64,000 bases of DNA from a virus (Duplodnaviria; Caudoviricetes), in IMG/VR virus record IMGVR_UViG_3300020450_000008; one strand, given 5' to 3'. Below the pieces are notes generated by a model. That model was given only the letters and a program-made list of their open reading frames with translations. It ran no database searches and was not told where the DNA came from. A program made the position numbers and the translations under genes. Shown here one piece after another: positions 1 through 8,950 of this stretch (position 1 is its first letter; each line of letters begins with the position of its first letter).

Positions 1-405
1 AGTATTTCTGGTAAGTATCAAAAATTTGGACAAGTTGTATATGCTCAAGCTTCATGGAAATGGAGTTCAGGTCCAGCGGTTTCAACACATGGAGAAAGGT
101 CTACTTACTGGTATATGACAGGACTACCATTTACATCAATTAACATTGGTTCTGATTGGTTGATAGGCGATGTTCGCTATACCGGTCCAGATGGTGCAAA
201 AATGAATGGACAATATGGTTGGTTTGTTGAGCAAAATAATACTCGTCTTAATATTGTTAGAGCATTAGGAAGCACACGTTCTGCAATAGATGGATATGAT
301 GGCTATGGTTATGCTGAAGCGATGAATAATAACGAAGCTGATGATTTGCGAACAAATTATAATGCGTATAACTACATTTCACTTTATTACTTAGCTGCTA
401 GTTAA
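1..405 (+). CDS. Tail-fibre-like protein, C-terminal part (5' truncated by window edge)
   Basis: Frame 1 is open from base 1 (SISGKYQKFGQVVYAQASW...YWYMTGLPFTS), upstream of the track's ATG at 115. Same G-x-Y-x-K-x-G-x-x-V and W-Y-x-x-GLPFTS pattern as the C-terminal domain of 419..1318. Confidence 0.6.
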   Translation, partial: SISGKYQKFGQVVYAQASWKWSSGPAVSTHGERSTYWYMTGLPFTSINIGSDWLIGDVRYTGPDGAKMNGQYGWFVEQNNTRLNIVRALGSTRSAIDGYDGYGYAEAMNNNEADDLRTNYNAYNYISLYYLAAS

Positions 406-418
406 AAGGATTAAATAA

Positions 419-1318
419 ATGAGTAGAACAAGAGATTTTGCAAATTTAATAAATGGAATATCAGCCACTAAGATTACCAGTGGTACGTTTGCTGATGCTC
501 GTATACCAAACTTAGCAACTTCTAAAATTACTACCGGGACATTTGCTGATGCTCGTTTGTCAAGCTCATCGGTCTCACAACATGTAGACTTATCAAGTAT
601 TGATTCTGATTACGTTCAAGCACGTCAAGCGACAGCAGATCTCTCTAATTTAAATGCTTCTAATTTGACTTCTGGGACAATACCGAATGCTAGAATAACT
701 TTAGATGCTAATGAAATACCAAGCTTACCAGCTTCGAAGATAACAAGTGGAACATTTGCTGATGGAAGAATTAGCTCTTCTTCTGTTACTGCCCATGTAA
801 GTGCTGTTACTAGTACTTCAGGAAGTTGGACACCATCTTTTTCTAGTGGAGCAATTCGTGGTGCCTGGGGTTATTATTATAAAATTGGTAATCTCGTACA
901 CTGTGTAGGTGGTTGGGAAATGGATGGAGGAGCTAACAGTGGAAATCAAATAGGTGCAGGCGAAAATAATAATATATGGTATGTGAATGGATTGCCTTTT
1001 ACATCAAACAGCAATGGGAAAGCGGCAGGTGGAGGTATTTGTTATCCTAATGGAAGAAACTTTGCCGCACAAGCAAATCACCAAGCAGTAATAAAAGCTA
1101 ATTCAACAAGTATATACATATACACTGCTGGCTCTGATGGAGCAGGAATTACTGGTTATGGTGGTGAAAATCCTGATGCTGCAGGTTCATCAAATTTTAG
1201 TGGTTATAATTCTTTTTACACTAATAATAACGCTCACATGTCGTGGAACGAGTGGAGTAGATACCAAGGTTCAGATAGCCGCGGGTTTGGGTGGGTTTCA
1301 GTACAATACTATGTTTAA
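419..1318 (+). CDS. Tail fibre/spike-like protein with four SKITSGTFADARI-type repeats
   Basis: Repeats ATKITSGTFADARI, TSKITTGTFADARL, ASNLTSGTIPNARI, ASKITSGTFADGRI; G/N/Y-rich C-terminal domain beginning SGSWTPSF...GYYYKIGNLV, typical of phage fibre domains. Confidence 0.65.
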   Translation: MSRTRDFANLINGISATKITSGTFADARIPNLATSKITTGTFADARLSSSSVSQHVDLSSIDSDYVQARQATADLSNLNASNLTSGTIPNARITLDANEIPSLPASKITSGTFADGRISSSSVTAHVSAVTSTSGSWTPSFSSGAIRGAWGYYYKIGNLVHCVGGWEMDGGANSGNQIGAGENNNIWYVNGLPFTSNSNGKAAGGGICYPNGRNFAAQANHQAVIKANSTSIYIYTAGSDGAGITGYGGENPDAAGSSNFSGYNSFYTNNNAHMSWNEWSRYQGSDSRGFGWVSVQYYV

Positions 1319-1333
1319 CAGGAGAAAAATTAA

Positions 1334-1621
1334 ATGAGTTACACAACAACAAAGCTTCAGTATTCAATAGATATAATGAGAACAACTGATAATCATGCCT
1401 GTGGATTTATGGCAAAAAATATGAATTTTGAGGGTGACACAATAGATTCATCTGGTAATGTCATAAAAACCGGAGCAGGTTGGATAGAATCTGATTGGAA
1501 CTGGGATACTGAACTACAAAGAGTTTTTGGAGAGGTAAACACCGATCTTAAAACAACAATAGAAAACCATTTCACAGACAGCTGCAAAGCAGCTTATGCG
1601 ACTTACGTAAAAGGTGGATAA
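1334..1621 (+). CDS. Hypothetical protein, possible fibre-associated chaperone
   Basis: 95-aa ORF with GGAG RBS directly downstream of the fibre gene; function inferred from position only. Confidence 0.5.
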   Translation: MSYTTTKLQYSIDIMRTTDNHACGFMAKNMNFEGDTIDSSGNVIKTGAGWIESDWNWDTELQRVFGEVNTDLKTTIENHFTDSCKAAYATYVKGG

Positions 1622-1657
1622 TTAAATAATTAATCTCAAGTTAGAAAACCTAACTTG

Positions 1658-1665
1658 TATAAATA
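1658..1665 (+). promoter_or_regulatory. T4-type late promoter TATAAATA
   Basis: Exact gp55 consensus upstream of the head module, preceded by hairpin caagttag-aaaac-ctaacttg (1637-1657). Confidence 0.75.
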
Positions 1666-1684
1666 AACTAAAATATGGAGAACA

Positions 1685-2065
1685 ATGATGGAAAATGAAA
1701 TAATTGAAAACAGTGACGAAATTGATACAGAAGAAGATCAAGTTACAGATGCATTGGAAGACCAAGAAGAAGAAGATCTAGCTGATGGAGAGGAAGCCGA
1801 TACCGAAGAAGTAGAGACAAATCCTGTTAGTGATTTAATCAATTCTATCGAGAATAAAGATTATGTTACATCAGCAAATATATTTAATGATATAGTAGGT
1901 TCTCGATTGCAAACCGCTTTGGAAGACGAAAAAGTTGCAATAGCTAATAAATTATACAACGATACACCAGAAGATACTACAGACGAAATTTCAGACGAAG
2001 AATTAATAGATACTGAAGAAGATATTACAGCAGAAAATGAAGAAGAATCTGTAGCCGCAGCATGA
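1685..2065 (+). CDS. gp67: Prohead core protein, gp67-like
   Basis: Very acidic; core LINSIENKDYVTSANIF...EKVAIANKL resembles T4 gp67 (LIEAIKSNDLVAA...EKIAIARNF); lies upstream of gp21. Confidence 0.65.
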   Translation: MMENEIIENSDEIDTEEDQVTDALEDQEEEDLADGEEADTEEVETNPVSDLINSIENKDYVTSANIFNDIVGSRLQTALEDEKVAIANKLYNDTPEDTTDEISDEELIDTEEDITAENEEESVAAA

Positions 2066-2256
2066 AATTCACAGATTTAAGAACCTCTCTAACTGAGAAT
2101 AAAAAACTCAGATTAAAGGGAGTTACGATTGAAGTAAAGAAAATCGGTCGTAAGTTTCGTGCTATGGTAGACGGCGAAAAGTTAGATGATTATGCAACTG
2201 AAATGCAGGCCATGAAAATGGCAAAAGAATTTATAAAGCAATATAAGGGAAGATAG
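2062..2256 (+). CDS. Small basic head-module protein (gp68 position)
   Basis: 64-aa ORF coupled (ATGA overlap) between gp67-like and gp21. Confidence 0.5.
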   Translation: MKFTDLRTSLTENKKLRLKGVTIEVKKIGRKFRAMVDGEKLDDYATEMQAMKMAKEFIKQYKGR

Positions 2257-2913
2257 ATGAAACTAATTACCGAATATACTGAAAATGACATCCAGTGCAT
2301 GGTCACCGAAGAAAAAGGCGGAAAGAAGAATTACGTCATCGAAGGCGTATTTGCACAGGCTGAAAAAGCAAATCGAAACAAAAGGTTCTATCCTAAAGAG
2401 GTTTTAGAATCTGCTGTTGATAAGTTCGTAAAAGAACAAGTAACTACAAATAGAGCTGTTGGAGAATTAAATCATCCAGAAGGTCCAACAGTTAATCTGG
2501 ATAAGGTTTCACATCGCATTACCGACATGAATTGGGAAGGTAATAACGTGATGGGAAAGGCGCTTGTATTAGACACACCAATGGGAAATATCGTAAAAGG
2601 TCTCCTTGAAGGCGGTTGTCAACTAGGCGTTTCAACTCGTGGTATGGGAAGTCTTGAGGATCGGAATGGAACAGCGCATGTGAAAAATGATTTTCACTTA
2701 GCGACTGTAGACGTTGTACAAGATCCATCTGCACCAGACGCTTTTGTTAATGGAATAATGGAAGGTGTAGAATGGGTTTGGAATAACGGTGTTATACAAC
2801 CTCAAGTCATTGAAAAGATTGAGACTGAAATTAAAAAAGCTCCAAGTGCGAACTTAAAGTACGTACAGGAACGTGAGTGGCAGAATTTCCTCTCGTTGTT
2901 AAAAACTAAATAA
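2257..2913 (+). CDS. gp21: Prohead protease
   Basis: NRNKRFYP, GELNHP, VSHRI, LGVSTRGMGS, DVVQDPSAPDAFV motifs of T4 gp21. Confidence 0.95.
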   Translation: MKLITEYTENDIQCMVTEEKGGKKNYVIEGVFAQAEKANRNKRFYPKEVLESAVDKFVKEQVTTNRAVGELNHPEGPTVNLDKVSHRITDMNWEGNNVMGKALVLDTPMGNIVKGLLEGGCQLGVSTRGMGSLEDRNGTAHVKNDFHLATVDVVQDPSAPDAFVNGIMEGVEWVWNNGVIQPQVIEKIETEIKKAPSANLKYVQEREWQNFLSLLKTK

Positions 2914-2924
2914 GGGAGTCAAAC

Positions 2925-4058
2925 ATGACTGATCAAATCGAACAGGATGTTGAGCTTACCAATGAAACAGAGGAAGCTCTATCCGAAAAGAAACATGGCA
3001 AAGTTAACGCTGGCCATGATCCAAAAAATGCTGAAGCTCAGTCAGCAGCATCTGTAAAAGCTGCAGGTGGTGCAACTGGTACAGCAAAATTACCGGATAT
3101 GGGAACTGCAGTTAATAATAAAAACGCAGATCCTATGCCAAAAATGACTAAAGCTGGTATGGTCAACGCTATGAACAAAATGCTAAAGAGTATGAAGAAG
3201 CCTGAAATGGAAAAATTATACCAAGGTATGTATGGTGAAAGCGTTGAGATGGAAGATGAAGCAGTAATTACTTCAAATCATGACGAAGATCTCGATGTTC
3301 TTATCAAGAGCGAAGAGTCTCTATCTGAAGGATTTAAAGAAAGAGCCGCGGTTATCTTTGAATCAGCTGTAAATTCTAAAGTTGCAGAAGCTGTGAAAGC
3401 TAAAGACGCTGAAATTGAAGCGGAATTAGCTGAAAGAGTAGAAGCAATGGAAGAGCAATATAAGACAGATATCGAGGAAGGTCTTAACGAAGCCCGTGAA
3501 GGTTTAGTTGACAAAATCGATAACTATCTCAATTACGTAGTTGAAACATGGATGGAAGAAAACAAGCTTGCTGTCGAAAAAGGCTTGAGAACTGAAATCG
3601 CTGAGACATTTATGAATAATCTAAAAGATCTATTCAAAGAGTCTTATATCTCAGTTCCAGAATCCAAAGTGGATCTAGTTGATGATCTAGTAGAGCAAGT
3701 TGAAGAACTTGAAGGTCAGCTTAACAAATCAACTGAACAAGCTATGGCTATGAAAACAGAAACTGAAAACTTAAGACGTGACGCAATTATTCGCGACGCT
3801 TCTAAGGATTTAGCAGAAACTCAAGTAGCTAAACTCGAAAAACTTGCCGAGGGTATTAGTTTCGAAGACGAAGAAACATTCAAGAAAAAAGTTGCAACTT
3901 TAAAAGATTCATACTTTTCAAAAAATGCTGATGAAGCTGTAGAAGCTACTGAAGTACCTGTTGAAAAAATTGATGAAGCTACCGAAGAAGCAACTGATGA
4001 AACTGAAGTTTCTAGTGCGATGGAACAGTACATCAAAGCAATACGTCAATCAAATTAA
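2925..4058 (+). CDS. gp22: Prohead scaffolding (core) protein
   Basis: Acidic coiled-coil with FKERAAVIFESAV, VDKIDNYLNYVVETWMEENKLAVEKGLRTEIAE; between gp21 and gp23. Confidence 0.93.
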   Translation: MTDQIEQDVELTNETEEALSEKKHGKVNAGHDPKNAEAQSAASVKAAGGATGTAKLPDMGTAVNNKNADPMPKMTKAGMVNAMNKMLKSMKKPEMEKLYQGMYGESVEMEDEAVITSNHDEDLDVLIKSEESLSEGFKERAAVIFESAVNSKVAEAVKAKDAEIEAELAERVEAMEEQYKTDIEEGLNEAREGLVDKIDNYLNYVVETWMEENKLAVEKGLRTEIAETFMNNLKDLFKESYISVPESKVDLVDDLVEQVEELEGQLNKSTEQAMAMKTETENLRRDAIIRDASKDLAETQVAKLEKLAEGISFEDEETFKKKVATLKDSYFSKNADEAVEATEVPVEKIDEATEEATDETEVSSAMEQYIKAIRQSN

Positions 4059-4069
4059 GGGAGACTTAA

Positions 4070-5401
4070 ATGTCAAATTTTTATAAAAATTTAACCGAAA
4101 AGTGGGCTCCTGTTCTTAACGAAGAATCCGCTGGTGAAATCAAGGACTCATACAGAAAGTCTGTGACTGCTGTTATTCTTGAAAACCAAGAGGCTGCTTT
4201 AAAAGAGCAGAGACAATCACTAACAGAAGCTGGTCCTGCTAATGCTATCTCATCTATCGATCGTTGGGATCCAGTTCTTATTTCACTCGTAAGACGTGCG
4301 TTACCAAACATGATGGCGTATGATGTCTGCGGTGTGCAGCCAATGACTGGTCCAACAGGACTCATCTTCGCGATGAAATCACGATTCAATGGAGGTTCAA
4401 CATCAAATACTGAAGCTCTATTTAACGAAGCTGATACACAATTCTCAGGTGACTCAGCAACAGCACAACCATCTAACTCATCAGGTCTTAATGACTCAGG
4501 TACTGGTAACCTAGTCGGTGGAATTGATGACGACAGAACAACAGCTCTATTTGCTGGCGGTATGCCAACAGGAGACGCTGAAGGTCTTGGGTCTGCTGCT
4601 GGTAGTGGTGATCCAAACTCTACTTTCAATGAGATGGGATTCACAATTGAGAAAGCTACTGTGACTGCAAAGTCAAGAGCGCTCAAGGCTGAATACAGCT
4701 TAGAACTAGCACAAGACCTTAAAGCGATTCATGGTCTTGACGCTGAGCAGGAATTATCAAACATTCTTTCTGCTGAAATTCTAGCTGAAATCAACAGAGA
4801 AGTCATCAGAACAATCAACTCACAAGCTAAAACTGGTGCATCAACAGCAAATACCGCTCTAAACGGTATATTCAACCTTGCTTCAGATGCTGATGGTAGA
4901 TGGTCAGTTGAAAAGTTCAAAGGCCTAATGGTACAAATCGATCGTGAAGCAAACACAATCGCAAAGCAGACCAGACGTGGACGAGGTAACTTCATCATAA
5001 CATCATCTGATGTTGCAAGTGCATTATCCGCAACAGGAATGTTAGATTACGCACCTGCATTATCAACAGCACTAAATGTTGATGACACAGGTAATACATT
5101 TGCTGGTGTTCTTAACGGAAGAACAAGAGTTTACATCGACCCATATGCAACTGTAGACTACGTAACAGTAGGATACAAAGGAACTAATGCATACGATGCT
5201 GGACTGTTCTATTGCCCATACGTACCACTAACAATGGTCAGAGCCGTTGCTGAAGATACATTCCAACCAAAAATTGGTTTCAAAACCAGATATGGAATGG
5301 TATCAAACCCATTTGTAGGTGCAACACCTTCAAACGGTCTAGCTGCAGCGAAGACCAACCAGTACTACAGAATCTTCAGAGTAGACAACATACTCGCATA
5401 A
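4070..5401 (+). CDS. gp23: Major capsid protein
   Basis: LVRRALPNMMAYDVCGVQPMTGPTGLIFAM, KSRALKAEYSLELAQDLKAIHGLDAE, FQPKIGFKTRYG motifs. Confidence 0.98.
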   Translation: MSNFYKNLTEKWAPVLNEESAGEIKDSYRKSVTAVILENQEAALKEQRQSLTEAGPANAISSIDRWDPVLISLVRRALPNMMAYDVCGVQPMTGPTGLIFAMKSRFNGGSTSNTEALFNEADTQFSGDSATAQPSNSSGLNDSGTGNLVGGIDDDRTTALFAGGMPTGDAEGLGSAAGSGDPNSTFNEMGFTIEKATVTAKSRALKAEYSLELAQDLKAIHGLDAEQELSNILSAEILAEINREVIRTINSQAKTGASTANTALNGIFNLASDADGRWSVEKFKGLMVQIDREANTIAKQTRRGRGNFIITSSDVASALSATGMLDYAPALSTALNVDDTGNTFAGVLNGRTRVYIDPYATVDYVTVGYKGTNAYDAGLFYCPYVPLTMVRAVAEDTFQPKIGFKTRYGMVSNPFVGATPSNGLAAAKTNQYYRIFRVDNILA

Positions 5402-5423
5402 GAAGATATTCACCTCTACACTC

Positions 5424-5448
5424 AGGGGCCTTCGGGCCCCTTTTTTTT
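5424..5448 (+). terminator. Rho-independent terminator after gp23
   Basis: ggggcc-ttcg-ggcccc followed by T8. Confidence 0.9.
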
Positions 5449-5460
5449 ATTTTCGATATA

Positions 5461-5468
5461 TATAAATA
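5461..5468 (+). promoter_or_regulatory. T4-type late promoter TATAAATA
   Basis: Exact consensus upstream of the 5500 ORF and gp3. Confidence 0.75.
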
Positions 5469-5499
5469 ATAGTACAAATCAAATTATAGGAGAACACAA

Positions 5500-5655
5500 A
5501 TGAGTGATGATTTAATTGCTGAAACAGCAGATGGTAAAAAAGTAAAATGTAAAGGCGATGGCACTTGGGAATATGTGATTGATTTAGATCATGTACAAGG
5601 CGATGGCGAAGCAGAAGGTGGCGATGGAAAAGAGCCAGATCAAGGAAAATACTAA
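5500..5655 (+). CDS. Small acidic hypothetical protein (51 aa; not in ORF track)
   Basis: MSDDLIAETADGKKVKCKGDGTWEYVID...; AGGAG RBS, downstream of late promoter. Confidence 0.55.
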   Translation: MSDDLIAETADGKKVKCKGDGTWEYVIDLDHVQGDGEAEGGDGKEPDQGKY

Positions 5656-6144
5656 TTGGCTGAAGAGTTTACAAATTATAACTATTTTCAACCTTCTCAG
5701 TTTAAGGTTAACATCGATAGTAAAAAGTATCCTAACTTAGAGTTTTATTGTCAAAATGTATCTCATCCGGGTATTGCTGTCAGTGGTGCTATTGTTCCTG
5801 TATCTAGACTATCAACGATATCAGTACCTGGTGATACATTAAACTATGATGAACTTGTGTTAGATATTATTGCTGATGAAAACTTTAAAGCGTATGATGA
5901 ATTTTATACTTGGTTACAGTCTCTTACTCAAGAAAGATCTGAACCTACTGATAAGTTTATTGAAACAGATATAATTTTGTCGATATTATCTAGTGCCAAT
6001 AATATTATTAAACAGTTTAAATATATAAATTGTGTACCTACAAGTCTTGGAGCAGTACAGTTTCAAGCTACAGTAGCTGATACAGACATAATAACATTTC
6101 CAATAACATTTAAAATAGATACGTTTGAATCTTTAACAGTATAA
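5656..6144 (+). CDS. gp3: Tail completion/terminator protein, gp3-like
   Basis: NYFQPSQF, YPNLEFYCQNVSHPGI, PGDTLNYDEL..F..DENFKAY pattern of gp3/gp19-like tail proteins; conserved position before uvsY. TTG start. Confidence 0.75.
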   Translation: MAEEFTNYNYFQPSQFKVNIDSKKYPNLEFYCQNVSHPGIAVSGAIVPVSRLSTISVPGDTLNYDELVLDIIADENFKAYDEFYTWLQSLTQERSEPTDKFIETDIILSILSSANNIIKQFKYINCVPTSLGAVQFQATVADTDIITFPITFKIDTFESLTV

Positions 6145-6145
6145 T

Positions 6146-7003
6146 ATGATAAATCCAAAAGAGGTGCCTTCTCAAAAAGGTTATTTGAAGGCTCCAAAAC
6201 CAATACCAAAAACGGAATATAGAGGTATCATAATTTTTTCAAATAAAAATTGTGGATCAAAAGGTGTGGTGCGATTTTTGACTTATCAAATATATGAGCA
6301 AATACCATATCAAGAAATGTATGATACACTTGAATCTATGGGTTATAAGGTAAACAAAAATTTAAAATGGGACGACAAATATTGTGATGGTGATGGTATA
6401 TTTGATGATGTCATAAAACAATTTCAAGAAGATAATGACTTAGAGAAAGCAAGAGTTGCCATAAGAACTGTTCTATCTTTTAGACCTATCATGAGAGTAT
6501 TGACTGAAAATGTACCACATGTATTATTGCTTGAAATGCTTCAGTGTTTAAACTATTATCAGGTAAGCGCATTATTAGTCTATAGAAGAAGCTCTGTTGA
6601 AAGACTTTTACAAAACCATGATGATAATAACGATATAGATAAACTAATTGAAGATGAAAAGAAATGTCGTGAAGCCAATCTTTATACGTGGAAATATTTA
6701 CAGAAATATAATTCTATATTTGCATCTGTTACTTCTGAAGATCTTTATTTTATTCAATGTACGCCAATACTAATGATGACGTTTCAATGGATATGCGCTT
6801 CATATATACCATTTATGGACTATCATGTGAATTTTAGATTTACTTTTATTAGAGAACATGATATAATAATAAATAAGAGTTATTTAAATGATGACGCTAT
6901 ACTTATAAGTAGAAAATTAGAAGAATTAGGAGAAAGACCAACTTTTGCTAATATGCACATTCTTACAAGTAAGTATTTTAGACAACTAGGCAAAGTGGGA
7001 TAA
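6146..7003 (+). CDS. Hypothetical protein, possible sulfotransferase-fold
   Basis: N-terminal IIIFSNKNCGS loop and LLVYRR motif loosely resemble 5'-PSB/3'-PB motifs; weak. Confidence 0.3.
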   Translation: MINPKEVPSQKGYLKAPKPIPKTEYRGIIIFSNKNCGSKGVVRFLTYQIYEQIPYQEMYDTLESMGYKVNKNLKWDDKYCDGDGIFDDVIKQFQEDNDLEKARVAIRTVLSFRPIMRVLTENVPHVLLLEMLQCLNYYQVSALLVYRRSSVERLLQNHDDNNDIDKLIEDEKKCREANLYTWKYLQKYNSIFASVTSEDLYFIQCTPILMMTFQWICASYIPFMDYHVNFRFTFIREHDIIINKSYLNDDAILISRKLEELGERPTFANMHILTSKYFRQLGKVG

Positions 7004-7452
7004 TGATGTTAAATTTAGAAGACATACTTAATAAATGGGAAGAAGATAGTAAAATAAATCAAACAGATCTTAGTCATGCATCTATTGAAACAGCAATGGC
7101 ACATTCAAGATATTTGAAATTATTATCGCTAGGAAAATTACAACTTAAAAAATCTCAATTGAATCAAAAAAGTTTATTAAAAGATAAGTGGTTATATTAT
7201 AATAATAAAATGTCAAAAGAAGAAATAGATGAAAAAGGTTGGGATTATGATCCTTTTAAAGGATTAAAGGTTATGAAAACTGACATGAATTACTATTATG
7301 ATTCAGATATAGATATACAAAAGAGCGAAGAAAAAATAGCATATCATAAAACTATAGTTGAAACTCTTCAGGAAATAGTAGAAACTTTAAGATGGCGTCA
7401 TCAAAGTATTAGTAATATTATAAAATGGAAGCAATTTGAATCAGGCGGATAA
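7003..7452 (+). CDS. uvsY: Recombination mediator UvsY
   Basis: WEEDSKI, HSRYL, KWLYY..K, YYYDSDIDIQ, R.QSISNIIKWKQFESG. Confidence 0.9.
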   Translation: MMLNLEDILNKWEEDSKINQTDLSHASIETAMAHSRYLKLLSLGKLQLKKSQLNQKSLLKDKWLYYNNKMSKEEIDEKGWDYDPFKGLKVMKTDMNYYYDSDIDIQKSEEKIAYHKTIVETLQEIVETLRWRHQSISNIIKWKQFESGG

Positions 7453-8950
7453 AATAATAATACAGAAAAAGTCTCATAGTTCTATGTTTTTAGGCTGTGA
7501 TTTTGGAGTTGCTGCCGAACTTAGTGATTTCTTTTCCTTTTTTGTTCCAGGATATAAGTACATGCCTTTATACCGTAACAGAGTATGGGACGGTAAAGTA
7601 AGGTTGTTTAATGCTCAAACAAAAGAGCTACCATGTGGTTTATTGCCATACGTTCAAGAATTTGCTGAAAAAAGAAGATATGCTATAGATTATGAGAATA
7701 GCGACTATGGTCCTCCAGAATCTTTTAATGACGTAGATCCTAATGAAATAATGGACTTTATAAAAGATTTAGATCTTCATAATGGAGGACAACCTATTGA
7801 AATAAGAGATTATCAGTTTAACGCGATATGTGAAAGTATTAAAAGAAAAAGAGCCATAATGTTATCACCCACTGGTTCTGGTAAGTCACTGATAATATAT
7901 GTATTGATGAGGTGGTATTTAGAAAACTTTGATGAAAAAGTACTAATAATAGTTCCAACAACTTCTTTAGTAGAACAGATGTTTGGAGATTTTAAAGACT
8001 ATTCATCTAATGATAATTATTGGAATGCTGATGAGGAATGCCATGTGATATATTCTGGAAAACCTAAAACAAGTATACAAGAAAGAATCTTTATTAGTAC
8101 TTGGCAATCTATATACAAACTACCGTACACTTGGTTTGAGCAGTTTGGTATAACCTTTGGCGATGAATGCCATGGCTTTAAATCAAAATCTTTAACTAAT
8201 ATAATGAATAAGGCAAGACTTTCTGAGTATAGGTTTGGAACGACTGGGACTCTGGACGGCACACAAACTCATCAATTAGTTTTAGAAGGATTATTTGGAA
8301 AGGTTATGAAAGTAACCTCAACAAAAGACTTGCAAGATAAAGACACATTAGCTCCTTTAGATATATTTTTATTAGAGTTGAATTACCCTGATGAAGTAAG
8401 AAAAATGTGCACGGGCTTAAAATATCAAGATGAAGTTGACTTTATCGTAAAATATCAGAAGAGAAATAATTTCATACGTAATTTAGCTCTAGATCAAAAA
8501 GGTAATACATTAGTTCTATTTCAATTTGTCGAGAAGCACGGAAAGGTACTATTTGACTTGATAAATAGTAAGGCTAATGAGAAAAGAAAAGTTTTCTTTG
8601 TTAGTGGTGCTACCGAAACATCTGATAGAGAAGCTATTAGAAAAATAACGGAGGGACAAAAAGATGCTATCATCGTGGCTAGCTTGGGTACTTTTTCCAC
8701 TGGGATTAATATTCGTAATCTCCACAACATCATCTTTGCATCGCCGTCTAAAAGCCAGATTCGAGTTTTACAATCGATTGGAAGAGGACTCCGTAAAACA
8801 GAAGATGGAAGAACCACCAAACTCTACGACATTGCGGATAATCTCCAGCATAAATCGAGAAAAAATTACGCGCTCTCTCATGCAGAGGAAAGATTAAAAA
8901 TTTATAGAAAAGAAAAATTTAATTACAAGGTTGTTAAAGTTAAATTATGA
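7436..8950 (+). CDS. uvsW: SF2 DNA helicase UvsW
   Basis: WDGKVRLF, SPTGSGKS (Walker A), GDECH, GTTGT, QSIGRGLR; TTG start approximate. Confidence 0.95.
   Translation: MNQADKIIIQKKSHSSMFLGCDFGVAAELSDFFSFFVPGYKYMPLYRNRVWDGKVRLFNAQTKELPCGLLPYVQEFAEKRRYAIDYENSDYGPPESFNDVDPNEIMDFIKDLDLHNGGQPIEIRDYQFNAICESIKRKRAIMLSPTGSGKSLIIYVLMRWYLENFDEKVLIIVPTTSLVEQMFGDFKDYSSNDNYWNADEECHVIYSGKPKTSIQERIFISTWQSIYKLPYTWFEQFGITFGDECHGFKSKSLTNIMNKARLSEYRFGTTGTLDGTQTHQLVLEGLFGKVMKVTSTKDLQDKDTLAPLDIFLLELNYPDEVRKMCTGLKYQDEVDFIVKYQKRNNFIRNLALDQKGNTLVLFQFVEKHGKVLFDLINSKANEKRKVFFVSGATETSDREAIRKITEGQKDAIIVASLGTFSTGINIRNLHNIIFASPSKSQIRVLQSIGRGLRKTEDGRTTKLYDIADNLQHKSRKNYALSHAEERLKIYRKEKFNYKVVKVKL

Noticed and set aside
4081-4998. 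Long minus-strand ORFs (201 aa and 89 aa) opposite gp23
   Set aside because: Shadow ORFs caused by the codon bias of the highly expressed capsid gene; no RBS or motifs. The same applies to most other antisense ORFs in the track.
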